Counted from the stretch's first letter, positions 1 to 14,527 are shown. The stretch: 64,000 nucleotides of DNA from Chrysomallon squamiferum (GCA_012295275.1 CM022676.1:5580001-5644000); one strand, 5' to 3'. Numbers and translations are program-made. The notes: generated by a model not told the origin, from the sequence alone.

Positions 1-549
1 CTTTGACAGTTGAAAAGCATATTATTTTAGAATTAATTTAAAAACAAATGAAGTAATATGTTATAATTCAGAGAGACTGAAATGTTGTGTTCTTTTGGAG
101 ACTCCAACCACTGAAGTCCAACTAGCATGGAATCACATCCAGTTTATGTTTTTTCTTATTAATGCAGATAAAGTAATTAAGAAAATAGGAATAATTTTAA
201 AATCCTTCCATGATACCACATCTTTATATAATTATGTTTGTTTTATTAAGTATATCTGAAAGAATGATGCTATTATGGAAGGTATTCCGACTTGTTATTG
301 TAGAATTTTTCAAAAAAATGCATTTATTGTACATTGGTATTTTCTAATTATTAAATTACTTAATGACAGATACATTTCAGATTAATAGGTGTCTAATGAA
401 CTAGTGTCAGCTTCAAAATTATATGTATTATAGTTTATTTATTTATTTATTTATTTATTAGTTGTTGTTTTTTTCTTCCTTGAGGGAGAATCTTACAAAT
501 ATTTTAAAGGAAAATAATTAGTATTCATTTAATTATTATTTTCTTCTAG

Positions 550-852
550 ACTCTGGGATCCTTAGCTGTCTGACTCCTGTCATTGGTCAGCCTTTTGTTT
601 TGGAATACAGTAAAAACAGAGGAAATACTAATTCAACAATGATAATATTTTCACTGAATGACCAACCACAAGGCTCATGTCGTCCTTCAGAGCCATGTAG
701 TTCCACAAAGGAATTCAATGTGACGAGACAAAACAATAAACTAGTCACTCTCGAGATTCCAGAATTTAATGAACTGTTCCATGTTGGTATTTGGATGGTT
801 GTGGATAGCAATGAACTTTCCAATACAATAACGCTTAATGGACCATTTGCAG
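550..852 (+). CDS. Gene A Ig-like domain exon 1 (SGILSCLTPVIGQPFVLEY...GSCRPSEPC...HVGIWMVVD..SNTITLNGPFA)
   Basis: ttctag| acceptor and G|gtaagt donor, 303 nt, phase 1-1; homologous to the other five domain exons in the window. Confidence 0.85.
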
Positions 853-2508
853 GTAAGTGGATTTGTTATTATATTTCATTTCTGAGATGCAGATGTTTAA
901 ATTTTTACCAGTTCCATTCTTTACTTTGTAAAGTTTAACTTTACGTATAATTAGTGTTGTATTTTTTTTATATATATGTTTGGCCTGTGAATCTACTGGT
1001 ATCTGTTTTAAATAAGTTTCAAGCAGTTCTGCATCTTTCTGAAATGTTCAAAACAATTTTAGAATTTTGTATGTTTATACAGAAACAACATTCATAATAA
1101 TTTTCACTAAATAAGAACAGATTCTACACAGTTAAATATTGGATAAAAATAAATATCACGTTTTTGAGCACAAAATAATAGGGTAAAAAGAATGAAAGAA
1201 AAGAGAAAGAAATATAATGTGTAGTAAAATTTAATTAATAAACCCAATTTTATTGAAATAAAAATACCAAGAAAATGTTTTAATTTTCTTTCCTATTTTT
1301 TTTTTTTTTTAGTTTCTCTGTTCATTCATTAGGTTTACTAAATTTCATTTTATTTAGTTAACTTTTGTTATGTTCATATTTGAATATTCAAGTTATTAGC
1401 ACTTTATCATTAGTTTTATTAGTAGGTTAATTCACAAATGATTGTATTCTTACTGGTATTTATTAAAAGAATAATAATAATAATAATAATAGTAATAATA
1501 GTAATAATTTATATTCATGTTCATATTTGTCTGTTGTTCAAATGGTGAATAGTGTTTCTAACACATGTTTGAATACAATTGCTTAGTTATTATTTATTAT
1601 TATTATTATTTTTTTAATTTATTCATGCTTTTCCCCTTCTATCTTAGAAACAGCAGATGAAGCTAAACCATGGAAACAAACAAGAGGTAAGCCTAAGATA
1701 ATTATTTTTTAAATAGTTTTTAAAATAACCCTTTAACTTGTTTAAAACCTAAATATGTTTACCCTTTCTTTTAAATTTATATATTCTTATTATAATTACT
1801 GTTAGTATTGCTTTGAACTCTGATTTCTTACCTCATTCTAAATGTACTGTCCTTGAAGTATAAGTTTACTGTCTACAAATAAATGTGTTTCAAAGAAACT
1901 TGTTATCAATTCAATACAGACCTGCACTTTAATTAGGTTTTCACTTACAGAGATAGGAGTTCTTACCATAAATAATTTACCTGTGATTGGAGGGCCTTTT
2001 GTTTTCACCTATACAAACATCATGGTATTCAGAATTCAGGAGCACGTGTCGTTTGAAAGAAATCAGGCCACTATTGGAACATGTGAACCTGTAGGTCCAT
2101 GTGTTTCGCCGTCTGGATATAGAATCACGAAACAGAATGCCAATACAATCAGTCTGGGGATTGATTCATTTGATGAGGAGAAACACAGTGGTACTTGGGT
2201 TGTTATTGACAATAATACGTCCTCTAATGAAATTAAACTGACTGGCCCCTTTCAAAGTGAGTGTTTTCAATTTGTTTTTGTTTCATAAATACATTCTTCA
2301 GTGCAGTTAAATTTCAGTTCATTAATTTTATTTTATTAAATTGTAATGCCAGAGTATTTCATATCTTTCATTTTTTTACAAAAATTTAAATTATATCAAG
2401 CTAAATGATTGAGGGATTCTCTAAATGAATGTTCAGATAGAAATTTGTTTGTTTTTTTTTTGTTTTTTTTATAAATTAGACAAACAAACAAACAAAAAAA
2501 AAGAAGAA

Positions 2509-2587
<79 letters not shown>

Positions 2588-4923
2588 CAAAACAAAATGT
2601 AATAAAATAAAATAAAGATATGTTAAAATCAAATCAAATAACAAAAAAATCAAAAATAAATTTCAAAATCTAATTTTTACTGACACTGGAGAAATCCATC
2701 TTGACAAATTTAATAGTGTTCTCATGATAATATTTTCACAGATACATTTACAAGATTTGAACTAATTTGTCTCAAGTGAAGACATTTACAAAATGTGTAT
2801 CAACAGATTTATTATTTGATATTTTAATGATTTTTGTCTAAAATTTTGAATTTCATCTTTACTAAATCTTTACTGGTGTCTACAATTAATGATATTCCTT
2901 CTAAAGTTTACCTGAAATAGTTCAAGCTTATGGTGTAAATACATATTCATACACTTCATTCATTTTAAAAATTTAAAAACTTAAACCAGCCTTTGTTAAT
3001 AATGATAAAGTATAGCACAAAATGCTGACTTCTCTCTTATGATAACTGAGTAAATGAAAATGTAGAAAGAACTTTCAAAGACTGAGTACCTCTTGTGACA
3101 ATAATGAAGATGGACTATAGTAAATTTTTTAATATTTCACTGAATAAGGTGAAATGATAAATTATAAAATGTTAGACTTCTTGTGTCCTAAAAACTTTTT
3201 ATTTAACTGTCTTTGGTTGTAACCAGCAAATGAAAACACCACAAATGCAAACACAAGAAACAAAAAAAAAATAATAAAAAATAAGATAATAATAATAATA
3301 AAAAAATAAATAAATAAAATAAAATAAAAACTAGAAAATGTATATAGCCATGGCTAAACTTAAAATCATTTTCTCAGAGAAAATCAGTCATACTGCCATG
3401 TTACAATTATAACTATTGTGTCAACACTACCAATCTTTTAGAGAAAAATTAGCATAAATATTGTAATTCTACTGGGACCACTGCTAGTGTAGTAGTATTA
3501 TAGTATTTTGAGATAGTTCTAAGGTATGTAAGAAATCACACACAATGATAATAATTATTTTCAACAGAATGGTTTTGCATCTTACAACCAGCACAATTCA
3601 ATATTTTTCTAATTTGTTGTTCGCAACAGTTGTTTTCATGTGATGCTACATTGATTGAAACTGATTTCCAGGTGAGCTTTTTAACAGTTGTCTTCTTTTT
3701 CCCTTTCTCAGGAGTAGACGGGTCATTTGAAACTGGACAAGTGCCGGGTAAGATGATTGATTTTCTTTTTAAATTTTTCTAGCCAAATTGAAATCAATAT
3801 GACAATAATATTCCCATATCTTTTTCTTTTTTCACCCTTTCGATCACAAATTCTACCTAATTATTACAGGTGCATTAAATCAGTGGACTGAAGAAGGTAA
3901 TATCTCTAATAAAAAAATTACCCTTGTTAATCATGTCAATATTTAAATAACAATAAAAAAAACAAAAAAAAACCAGTCAAACAAAACAGAAAGAAAAACA
4001 AACACAAAATATATTCTATGTGAAGAAAAAAAAACAATTAAAAAAAACCCCATGTAGCTAGACATGCAAATATTATTATTTATTAATGAATACCATGTAT
4101 GATTTGTGATATCTGTAACTGTCCCAAATATCTATTTCAAACTGATAATTTAATTTCTGTTAGTGCAAAAAGAAATAAGATTTGTATTTTGGGCTTATTC
4201 TGCAGTTATCTCTCATCCCATTTTGATTTTTACTGGTTACGTAATTTTATTTAAATGTTTGTTATTTAGTTTGTCTTATTATGATTATACATACATACAT
4301 ACATACATACATACATACATACATACATACATAGATGCATGCATTCATTTTTCATCTTTATGTTTACAGAAGTAGAAGAGGTAGAAGAGAGAGAAGTAGA
4401 AGGAATGGAGGAAGTAGAGAACATTGAAGACACTTGTCAGTTTTCACTCTCAAACATTTTCTATTTTCTACTTCTGTTTAATTCAGATTTATTATTATTT
4501 CTTCTTCTTCTTCTTCTTATTATTTATTTGGGTAGTTAGAGGTAGGATGCAGTGATTTTATTGCTAAAATTATTAAACAATTTAAATTAAGAGTATTTCA
4601 GTATTTTGTTTTCTATACATTTCATTTTTCAACATTCTATTTAATTTTGTTTTAAAATGTAGAATAACGCACTTTCTTTTTCACAAACACTGAAAGTAAA
4701 AATGAATAAAAAATAAAATTCATGGCAGCCATGTTGAACATTAAATAGTATTTAATATTTTTAGTGATAACCTAACTCAGATAGAAGTTAGAGCCAGTGT
4801 TACCCAGTAATCCATGTTGAAATAAACATGACTGAGACATTTAAAAATGAAATAAATTTGACTATTCAAACATTGGAACTAATGCAGTTTATTTAATTTA
4901 GACAAAAAATTGCTTGTTTATAG

Positions 4924-4965
<42 letters not shown>

Positions 4966-5429
4966 ATTCTGTAAGTCACAATTTTTAAATTCACTTTCGT
5001 TGCAGATGTTGGTGTTCTTTCTGTGGAGAAACCTTACATCGGCATTCCGTTTATTCTACAGTACAGAAAAGTAGGAGTGGACGAAATTAAAACTTATGTC
5101 ACTTTCAACCTGAATAATGAACCCCAGGGTTCCTGTTATCCTGAATATCCTTGTACTTCTCCACAAGGATATATTCTCTCACGAAATGGTGACAGTATCC
5201 TGATGGAAGTTCCTGAATTTGACCCAGAAAAACACAAGGGTACGTGGATTGTGGTTGATGATAACAAAATGTCCAATAGCATCATACTGGCTGGCCCGTT
5301 TTCAAGTAAGCTTGAATTTTATTTATATATATTTTATTATTATTATTAGTATTATTTAAATTTCTTACTTTTTTATTATTTTTATTATTATTATTTTGTT
5401 ATTATTATTTAAATGTTCTTACTTTTTTA

Positions 5430-5461
<32 letters not shown>

Positions 5462-6404
5462 GTAGTAGTAGTAGTAGTATTTAAAATTATTTAAAATTAA
5501 ATTATTTTTATTTTTTTTAGAACCAAAAAGATTTCGTTATTAAATTATTATTTTTTTTTTTATTCATTCATTTTGACCAAGAACTGTCAACAGGTTTAAA
5601 ACAGTGAATTAGTTAGTAGTAATTTACAAATTATAAACACTGTCATTTCCTTTGTCAGTATGTATATCTTGTAATGATTTATGATAATCGTCACATACAA
5701 AACAGTATAAATTACAGAATATGAATCATTAAACAAAAATAAAAATAATGAATGCACAAAAAAATAGAGGAAATATTTTGACCAAAATAAATTGTCCAAT
5801 TAGTAAAATTAAGTCACATTAAACAGAACTAAGTGCATTTAATAACTAGTCACAAATAGTTTTAGTTTTAGTTTATTAGTTATTCTAAAGCCATCATTTT
5901 CAAATTTTTATTCTGAAGAATAATTTTACTTGCTTGAAATTAAGTTGTATGTGGGTGGGTTGGTGGATGTCCAGATACATGAATATTTTGTATGCAGATA
6001 TGCTAATACTTCATTTCTCGGTTATATGTATAATTGTTTTCTTCAATTATAAAATGCTTTTCTTATTTATTTATTTTATTTATTTATTTATTTAATCACT
6101 TTTGTTTTTTTTTTTTTTTGGAAACAGGAAAAGAAAATGGTGAGTCTTTTATTTCAAAATAAAAAATGCCAGTTTCATATAGTTGTTTTTAATGTTCATT
6201 AACATTCTTTTTACTTTTGTAAAACTGACAAAAAATGTTTTATTTCATTTTATTTATTTATTTGTTTGTTTCTTTATGTGTATAAAAATTTAAAAACTGA
6301 CTGATTGGTTGATTATTTTTTCTTTATTTGTTTATGTTGTTAACAAGATTTCAGTTAATTTGTTCTGTTCCTGGATATTCAGTTTAATTGTTTCATTCCA
6401 GTTA

Positions 6405-6439
<35 letters not shown>

Positions 6440-7224
6440 TGATTAAGTATGTTGTTAAAAAAAATATTCATCATAAATCTTTTTTTTTATTATTTCATTT
6501 GTTTCATTCCAATCATTATTATTATTATTATTGTTAATTGTTGTTAATATTCATCACAGACCTTTTTTTCTAATTTTTATTATAGATGCATCTTCTATTA
6601 TGAAATCATCATCAGTTTTCTACACACTAACAGTTTTGTAAGAACAGATTTTCTTCTTTTTTACTGTTGCATTTTATTTTTATTTTATTCTGCTTTTTAT
6701 TTATCTTCCATCCATATTTAATTATTACGTTTATGTATTTTTTCCCTACTATTTTGTGTAATTTTGAAATCATTTATGACTTTTGTTTTGTTTTTTGTTT
6801 TTATTTTTTTTATTTTTTATTAATTAATTTTTAACTTTTCAAAGCATTAGGATAATGACATGAAAACTTAATCAGAATTTAGTGATTATTTATTTAATTT
6901 GTGACAGAATTTAGGTATTTTGGGCATTTAATTCATTTACATTTTACTTTTCTTTTTTTTCTTTTTAATTTGAATTTAAACAAAATAATGTTGTTTTTTT
7001 TTGTTTTTTTAGTTTTAAAATTATTTGTTTTCCTTATTAATTTTGTTTGTTTTCTGAAATTATTATTAAATTTTTAAAGATATATACATTCATATACACA
7101 AAAATCTTTGCAAGAGGAAGATAATTCAACACACTACTGCAGATTATATTATAGCACAGCACAAAGCATTATTAGAAAATACATATATATTTAATGTTTC
7201 TTTTCTTATTTTGTAATATTTTAT

Positions 7225-7265
<41 letters not shown>

Positions 7266-7359
7266 GTGTTTTGTTGGTTACTTTACTTTTACTTAAATAA
7301 TTTATTTATCTATTTTCAGATTTATTAACATTATTATTACAAACATACAGCTTGTCTGA
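550..7359 (+). CDS. Gene A (5'-partial): cell-surface protein with >=3 tandem Ig-like repeats and a probable GPI-anchor signal. Exons 550-852, 1648-1686, 1951-2256, 3712-3747, 3870-3896, 4370-4435, 5006-5305, 6128-6139, 6586-6637, 7320-7359
   Basis: Every exon is bounded by a pyrimidine tract/AG and GT. All but the last two are symmetric phase 1-1 and splice into one open frame ending ...KENDASSIMKSSSVFYTLTVLFINIIITNIQLV* (TGA 7357-7359). The three ~100-aa exons are mutually homologous. The start codon was not found and is presumably upstream of the window. Confidence 0.8.
1951..2256 (+). CDS. Gene A Ig-like domain exon 2 (IGVLTINNLPVIGGPFVFTY...GTCEPVGPC...HSGTWVVID..SNEIKLTGPFQ)
   Basis: ttacag| acceptor and A|gtgagt donor, 306 nt, phase 1-1. 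Confidence 0.85.
5006..5305 (+). CDS. Gene A Ig-like domain exon 3 (VGVLSVEKPYIGIPFILQY...GSCYPEYPC...HKGTWIVVD..SNSIILAGPFS)
   Basis: ttgcag| acceptor and A|gtaagc donor, 300 nt, phase 1-1. Confidence 0.85.
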
Positions 7360-8121
7360 AGTTTTGGTTTGTATTTGCTAAGCACAGTTCACTGGGTTTC
7401 TTCTGTATGCCCACTCTCACTTTATCTCTATTTATCTTGTATAATTTGTTACTGTTTTCTTGAACATATTTACTGATATTTAAATAATAATCAGAGAAAA
7501 GTACCTTTTATCCTTTCATATTCATATATCAGACATAGAAGAGGCAGGCTTCTTCATACAATAGTTTAATATCTTCATGTGATGGTTATTTAATTTATTT
7601 TATTTTATTTTATTTTATTTTGTTTTTATTTTGTTTTTTATTTATTTAATTGTTTATTTTATGTTATTTTTATAACATTTTATTTTGTTATTTTTATTTA
7701 TTTATTTAATTAAAATATATATATATTTTTTTCATTTATTTAATTATTATTATTTTTATTACATTTTATTTTGGTTTATTTATTTAATTTATTTATTTAT
7801 TTATGTGATTGAAGACGTGTGCTTTACTGACTGAATATTCTGCTGTTACTACGATAACTTTCTCTCACAAGCATTATTAAAAATACACACTTTACTTCTA
7901 TGTACAAAGCAAAAGAGGCAGGCTTCTTCATGTTTCATACACACAGCTTTTGTTAATTATTTTCTTATGCACGTTACAGTCTATTCCATATACACCCAAA
8001 CTGTGATAATTTTATTTTAATTATACTTGTGTAAGTGGGGATAGCAAATGCTAGATGCAGAAGTAGAAATTTATTTAAAAGATGTCCAAAGATCAGTTCT
8101 TAAATTATACAACCTTATTAA

Positions 8122-8127
8122 AATAAA
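8122..8127 (+). terminator. Candidate polyadenylation signal for gene A (alternative at 8445-8450)
   Basis: AATAAA about 0.8 kb downstream of the predicted stop; this hexamer is common in AT-rich DNA. Confidence 0.3.
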
Positions 8128-9129
8128 GAATAATTTTTTCACCTTAAAGAAATGCTGGGCTATTTCTCATTCCAACCTGTTGTTTTATTTCTTTGGGATT
8201 CTTTGTTGTTAATTGAAAAATAATACGTGTCCTCTAAAGACTGAATGTCAAAAGTAAATTATTCATTGTCTAATTATCTATGAAACTAAAAATGAAAACA
8301 AACTATCCACATTTATGTTAAGAAAATTACATGCAGTGAAAAACTGGCTGTGCCTTATTCAATATTACTTACACAAGTTGTTCCCCTTGACTACATTTTA
8401 ACTGTCAAAAGCGTGAAAAAAGTATGTATTTTTATTTATAATTCAATAAAATGTTTTACAATTCTTCTTGTTGCATTTTCTTCATTAACTTTTACTAAAA
8501 TTATTTATTTATTTATTTATTTACTATTGAATGATACTCAACAGCCAGTTTTCTTGTGCTGGGGTGTCATTAAAAATTTATTCTTTTTAATTTATTTTAA
8601 TTATTTGTTTATTATTTATTTATTTATGTATTTATTTAAATTATTTGGTATTATTATCTTTTTAATATGCTTATTTTTTCGTACTTGCATTATAATCGTA
8701 TTTGTGTAGGAATTTCTAGTACTATTATTAAATAATTACTTCAAAATGTACACTAATTTTTATAAATTATCATTGTAAATATTTATTCATTTTTATATAT
8801 TTATTTATTATTATTTTATTTATTGGTTTTATTTGCTTTTATTAGTAGCAGTAGTAGTAGTTGTTATTTATTTATTTATTTATTTAATATATTTTTGACG
8901 TAGGCATTTTTTTCTCCAAGACAATCTATCTCAAATTTATCAAATAAAGCTTCAGCGAAAGTTTAGCTGAACTGGCGATTATGTCAATGCATTGATACTA
9001 CTTAAAATAGATACACCATCGATACATGATGTAAAAAGAAAAGAAGAAAATCTTTATCAAAGCAAGAACATCTCCAATCTGTTACATCTCATTTTAAGGG
9101 CATTAAAGTTGCCGTGATAACACATATCA

Positions 9130-9270
9130 AACTACAGTCGCACGTCATTCTCAACAAGTGACAAATCAGGTTAACCAATCGTGACTCACGCTCACAATTA
9201 CCGCGGAATCCGTGTTCACGTGAGCGGAAATAACGTAAAATCTCGTGAGACGTTCGCGACATGTGAGCAT
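9130..9270. promoter_or_regulatory. CpG-rich cis-regulatory element (CCAAT, AP-1 TGACTCA, E-box CACGTG, CGGAA)
   Basis: Dense cluster of motifs and CpGs located where the CpG-poor gene A region ends. Confidence 0.35.
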
Positions 9271-10634
9271 TTGTATGATTGCAGTACTGTTTGTCCTTCA
9301 ATTCCGTTCCTGAAAGATGCACTAATGCCGTTTTCATTTCTTCTTAATCATTTTTTCTCTCTCTCTTTCTCTTACTGTTTTTTTTTTTTTCTCCTGCCCA
9401 ATTTCGTGTTGGAAGTGAAGGCAAGTCTTAAGCAGGTTAACCCTGAGTCATTTTCGTTGATTCATGGCGGAGTTATACATCTAATTTAAACAGTTCGTGA
9501 CAAGTTTTCCAAATGATCTGCCTCTGTTCAATTTGGTCTTGTACTAAACATTTCTATCAACTAGAAGCACGTGGCGACATAAAATGTCTTTGAAAGGAAA
9601 TAGTTTCATTGAATTCACAATACACTGACATATTTATTTCTTAGCAGTTAATAATTTGATTTTGCCTGCTGTTAATGATTCTTTTTTTTCTTTTTAAATT
9701 TATTTCCTTGTTTGTTTTTATTAGTTAGAGAAATTGCTGAAGGTATTTTCTATTGAATTTCCTTGGGAATAATATAAACAGTCACTCTTATTCAGTATAT
9801 TTATCGTTGAATAATTATAAACGCACAACGTTTTATAACAGTTAACATACAGCAATTTTAATAGTATAAATGAAATAATAAATAAATAAATAAATAAATA
9901 AACGACGAAGCGAAAGAAAAAAAAAAACAGCACATTTTTATTATAATTTGCTATGAATTGCGGTCATTTAAGTTTTTTATTTTTTTTTTTTTTTTTTTAT
10001 CATTCGTTATTTTCTAAATCACTTTATATGAATTTCAAAATAACAAAGTCAAATCACTAAAGAAAAATGTAACAAGACAATAACTGTCAGTTTCATCGTT
10101 TGCTTCTTCATACATATTTTTTTTCTCTCTCTATTTCGCATTTCTAAATGGCACCATCAATAACTTCAAAAGGCGCAATTACATCAGAAGTCAGCAGATA
10201 TTTCCGCCTGAATACTCGGCCAATCAGTAAAACTGCCTCTTGTTTTCTCGTCTGCAAAATAATTACGTCATCAATATAATAGGCTCAGCTTTTGAAACGA
10301 AATAAAAAGTATCTTGCAGAGTAAGCTACACGCCAATATTTTACTGGTTCGTAATAACTCAGTATTTTTTTTAATTTTTTTTTTTTTTTATATAGATAAA
10401 TGTGTTTTAGGAAATGTAGGATTTTTAGAGCTTAGGTTGTCCAATAAAAACGATTGAAAATCATACTGAGAAGTGATTAATATGTAAGAAATTGTCTGCA
10501 TATAGATTACAAGTCCAAAATACAGCTTCTAGTATTTGCATTATAAAGATATGATGAACAGAAGACATTGTTCTAAAGAAATAAGGTTTCCAGATGTTTC
10601 AACTGAATAATGCATCTGTTAGTCGGCTGCTGTG

Positions 10635-10741
<107 letters not shown>

Positions 10742-12299
10742 GTCTGTCTGTCTTTCTATTATTAGAAATGCAACTTTATCATTGTGCTGTAACTCGATTT
10801 CTCCTCAGACGTGTATAACAAAAGCAGACGACAATCTGCCCAAATTGTGTTTTCTTTACATTGATCTTCATCGTAGGATTCACTGACATTCTGGAAATTA
10901 CAGTTGGCGAAAAGTGCCATCCGAAACACAAAAACTAAAAATACACATAAATATCTGACAATCAAAATAATTGTTTCAGGAATTGCAATATATTTTATGT
11001 TCTTTTTCCGTCTAATAAAGTTTTATACAATTACTTTTTTCGTTTTTCTTGTTTTTTTGTTTGTGTGGGTTTTTTTTTTTTTTTTTGTGGGTTTTTTTTG
11101 GTTAAATTATTGTTCAGTTTTTCACTCTTTTCTGGTTTTGGTTCCAAATTTGCAGCAGCTAATTCACCATTTTATTAAACATATTATTTCTAAAACGTTT
11201 TAATAGATTTAATAACTGGAATACATATCAGCCAGCAAACATTTATAAAATAATAATTAAGGAGCTGGCATTGAAAGTGTTTAAACGTGTGGAATACGAC
11301 TATTTTTCAGTTAAATCACTGTAGTGCTTAACCCTTGATATTCAACATGTGTCATCACAGTGTTTGCATTAGCAATTTAATGAAGAAATATAATGCAGGT
11401 AAATTATACCTTTCACCAACAAAGAAAAAAAAACGAGTTATTTCATGACTTACCCGCAGTTCATCACCTGGGTTAATTAGTACGAAAGGCTACGGGTTTC
11501 ATTTATAATCTGCTGAATAACAGCATTAGTTATTAAAAATATTGACTGGATCATTGAATACAAATATCTCAATTACTGATACCAGTGTTCTGTAATTTAG
11601 TAACATGCTTTCTTTCAAAGGCCAGTCCAAAAGTCAAGATATAACTTTTCGTTGGAACCCTGATAGATACAAATAATTAAATATTTCAAATACTTTATAC
11701 TGTTACATTGCGTTTATAGTTCTATTATCATTATTATTCATTCATTCAAACTTAAGTCATTCACATTATTTTTTTCTTAAGTTGGTGTCGATTTATGTAA
11801 GTTAATAAATTAATTCTGTTTTAGGATTTCGATAAGTGTCATAGAATTAAAAATTTCAGGTTGTTTTTTTTTTCAGTTTTTTTTTTAACATAAGATTTCA
11901 GAATAATAATGAAATGTAATATCGGTTATAATTTATATACTGATTTTTACATCACCTTTTAGCATGAGTTATCTGTGTATTGTCCAAAAACTTTTAAAAT
12001 CAACGATATATTTTAGGTTAATTAATACTACCAGAAATAGCATGTCAGTACAGCCTGACCACAAAACCAGCATTCGTTAAAATGGGTCACTATTATCCTA
12101 AAGTTAATAACTAACTAATGTCCGCATCAAAGAACCACAACTCTTCCAGGCGAGTTCTCGTCAAAACCAGTCATGTCTGCTTAATGCGAAGAATTATTGG
12201 TTTAACACGGACAGCGTTGTCCACTTTTTTTTTTTAACACACATCAGAAAGTAATTCTCTCCGTTTACTCCCAGGCTCCAATGTTGACAAAATCATCAA

Positions 12300-12520
12300 C
12301 GACTCTTGATCCAGTTCCGGTGACATCATCCAGCTTCTTCTGCTACAGAGGCGGAACGTGAGCAAGTCACCAGTATATCCATCAGCGACATTTCCGGGTT
12401 CCAGGTCCCGAATAGATTGCGCGTGAATTATTTCCGCGGAAAAGACACGAACAGTGTGTACCGTTTGTTTCAGGATTATGATCGTGAATAAAGTTCACTG
12501 AATCGAGTCAAGGTCTGAGT
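12300..12520. promoter_or_regulatory. Promoter-like element with several ETS-type cores (TTCCGG, GCGGAA)
   Basis: gttccggtgacatca, ggcggaacgtg, atttccggg and ttccgcggaa all fall within ~200 bp of a locally GC/CpG-rich island. Confidence 0.35.
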
Positions 12521-12610
12521 TGGTGTGGAAATAATAAATACTAAGAGATGCAGCGTCTCATTTAGGTTAAATGTAAGTTTCGTTGTCAATGCGAAAGACA
12601 ATATACTGTT

Positions 12611-12669
<59 letters not shown>

Positions 12670-14288
12670 ATATTTCTGCTTCTATTTCTCATTCTGTTAT
12701 TTATATCGATATAGTTGGGGGGGTTTTAGTTGTTTTTTTTTTATATTTATTTATTTATTTATTTACTTATATCCGATAACTAAATATTTATTCAGCATAA
12801 GTTATTTCTCTGGCTTTCATTTAATTTCATAAACATTTAAATTAAGAATATAATTACATGCAAGGATGACCTCAAACATGCATCAACACGTAATACTAAC
12901 TTAGTTACGTGCAAATAATACGGCCTCGTTTTGAGAAGTCAAATAAAACGAATTACTCATTTTTGTCTACACGGTACAGCAAATCCCTGGCCTGAAGCAA
13001 GAGAACGAAGTCTTCATTTTTCTGTTTGATCTTGGAGGAGACGCATCAAGTTTAAATAATTAGAAACATCGTTAAATATTTTCACAGAGTTTCTGAGCAC
13101 AAATGCTATTTGCAAGATGACCAGAGGCTAATACTAACGGGTATACAATCAGAAACGAAACTTACGTGTTTTTAAGTTCTGAACAGCGTAATTTCGTTTT
13201 TTCTCCCTTGCTTTTAGTAAAGTCATTCAGACATATGTTCGGTTTAATATTTGTATTATCCTGTGGCTATTTACTACTTGCAGAAAATTCCTACTGGTTT
13301 TGGTAGACGTTGTACAAATGAATATACACCAGACACCTAAGTGAATTTACTGGAAGCGAAATCAAACAAACCTCTTTAATTCCTAAAAGGACTTGTCGTC
13401 TGCCTCTGGCTGAGAAGGCGGGAAGGAATAATGTAACTTAAGTACAGAATCCTCGAGAATAATGCTAGGGCCTGGAGTCATTGTTTAACTTCTTAGACAT
13501 TACACGAAGCACTTCTGATTATGTTCAGTGTGTCCAGTATTGGAAATAGTTTCGTTTTTCCAATTTTTTTTTCTTATGTCGTTTTAAGTGTACTTTAACT
13601 TTATTCAAAATGACGATGGACGTTGAAAACATGACTAAATTTACCGCAAGGCACAAAGCCAGAGTATACAAATGTTTGATAAAATATCTCAAAATATTTT
13701 TTCAAGCAAAAATAATAAAATAAAATAAAATGAAATGAAACGATTAATAATAATAATAATAATAATATAATAATAATATTAATAGTAACAATAACAATAA
13801 TCATGATAATAATGACAATAACTACAATAATAACTATACTAATAATAATGACAGTGATAATAATAATAAAAGTAATAATGATGATGACGATAATAATAAT
13901 AATAATAATAATAATTAATAATTATAATTATAAATAGTAATAGTAATAATAGTAATATTAACTCGGATAAGACGCGTGTATTTAAGCAGAACAGAAATAA
14001 CGATCAAACAGAAACAACGTCAGAAATACACGCTCAAAACCAGACGTGTTATATTAATAACTCTTTATGTGACTTCTTGGAGATGTTTGATTTTTCTGCA
14101 ATCTGAAGTAATATCTAAAATATCTGTCTAGACCATCTTCTATCTGTTTCCGCTGGAACTGTTTCGAACCAATATCATAAAAAGGCTGGCTTGTAAGGCG
14201 AGGCTCGCTAAGTACGATTTAACAAATTATTTTAATCTCATCTGTCGGAAACGAAGAAAAGCGATTTGATAAGGGGAAATAATTCTTG

Positions 14289-14319
<31 letters not shown>

Positions 14320-14484
14320 TTTTTTTTTTTTAATTTTAATTTTAATTCTGTTTTATTTTATTTTAATTTTATTATTATTGAAATAATGTTTTTTTTTTTT
14401 TTTTATTGAATTTCATTTTATTATATTTCATGTTAGTGTTATTTAGTGCGTTTACAATGACATGTAAGAAAAGGTGGCATGTAT

Positions 14485-14527
<43 letters not shown>

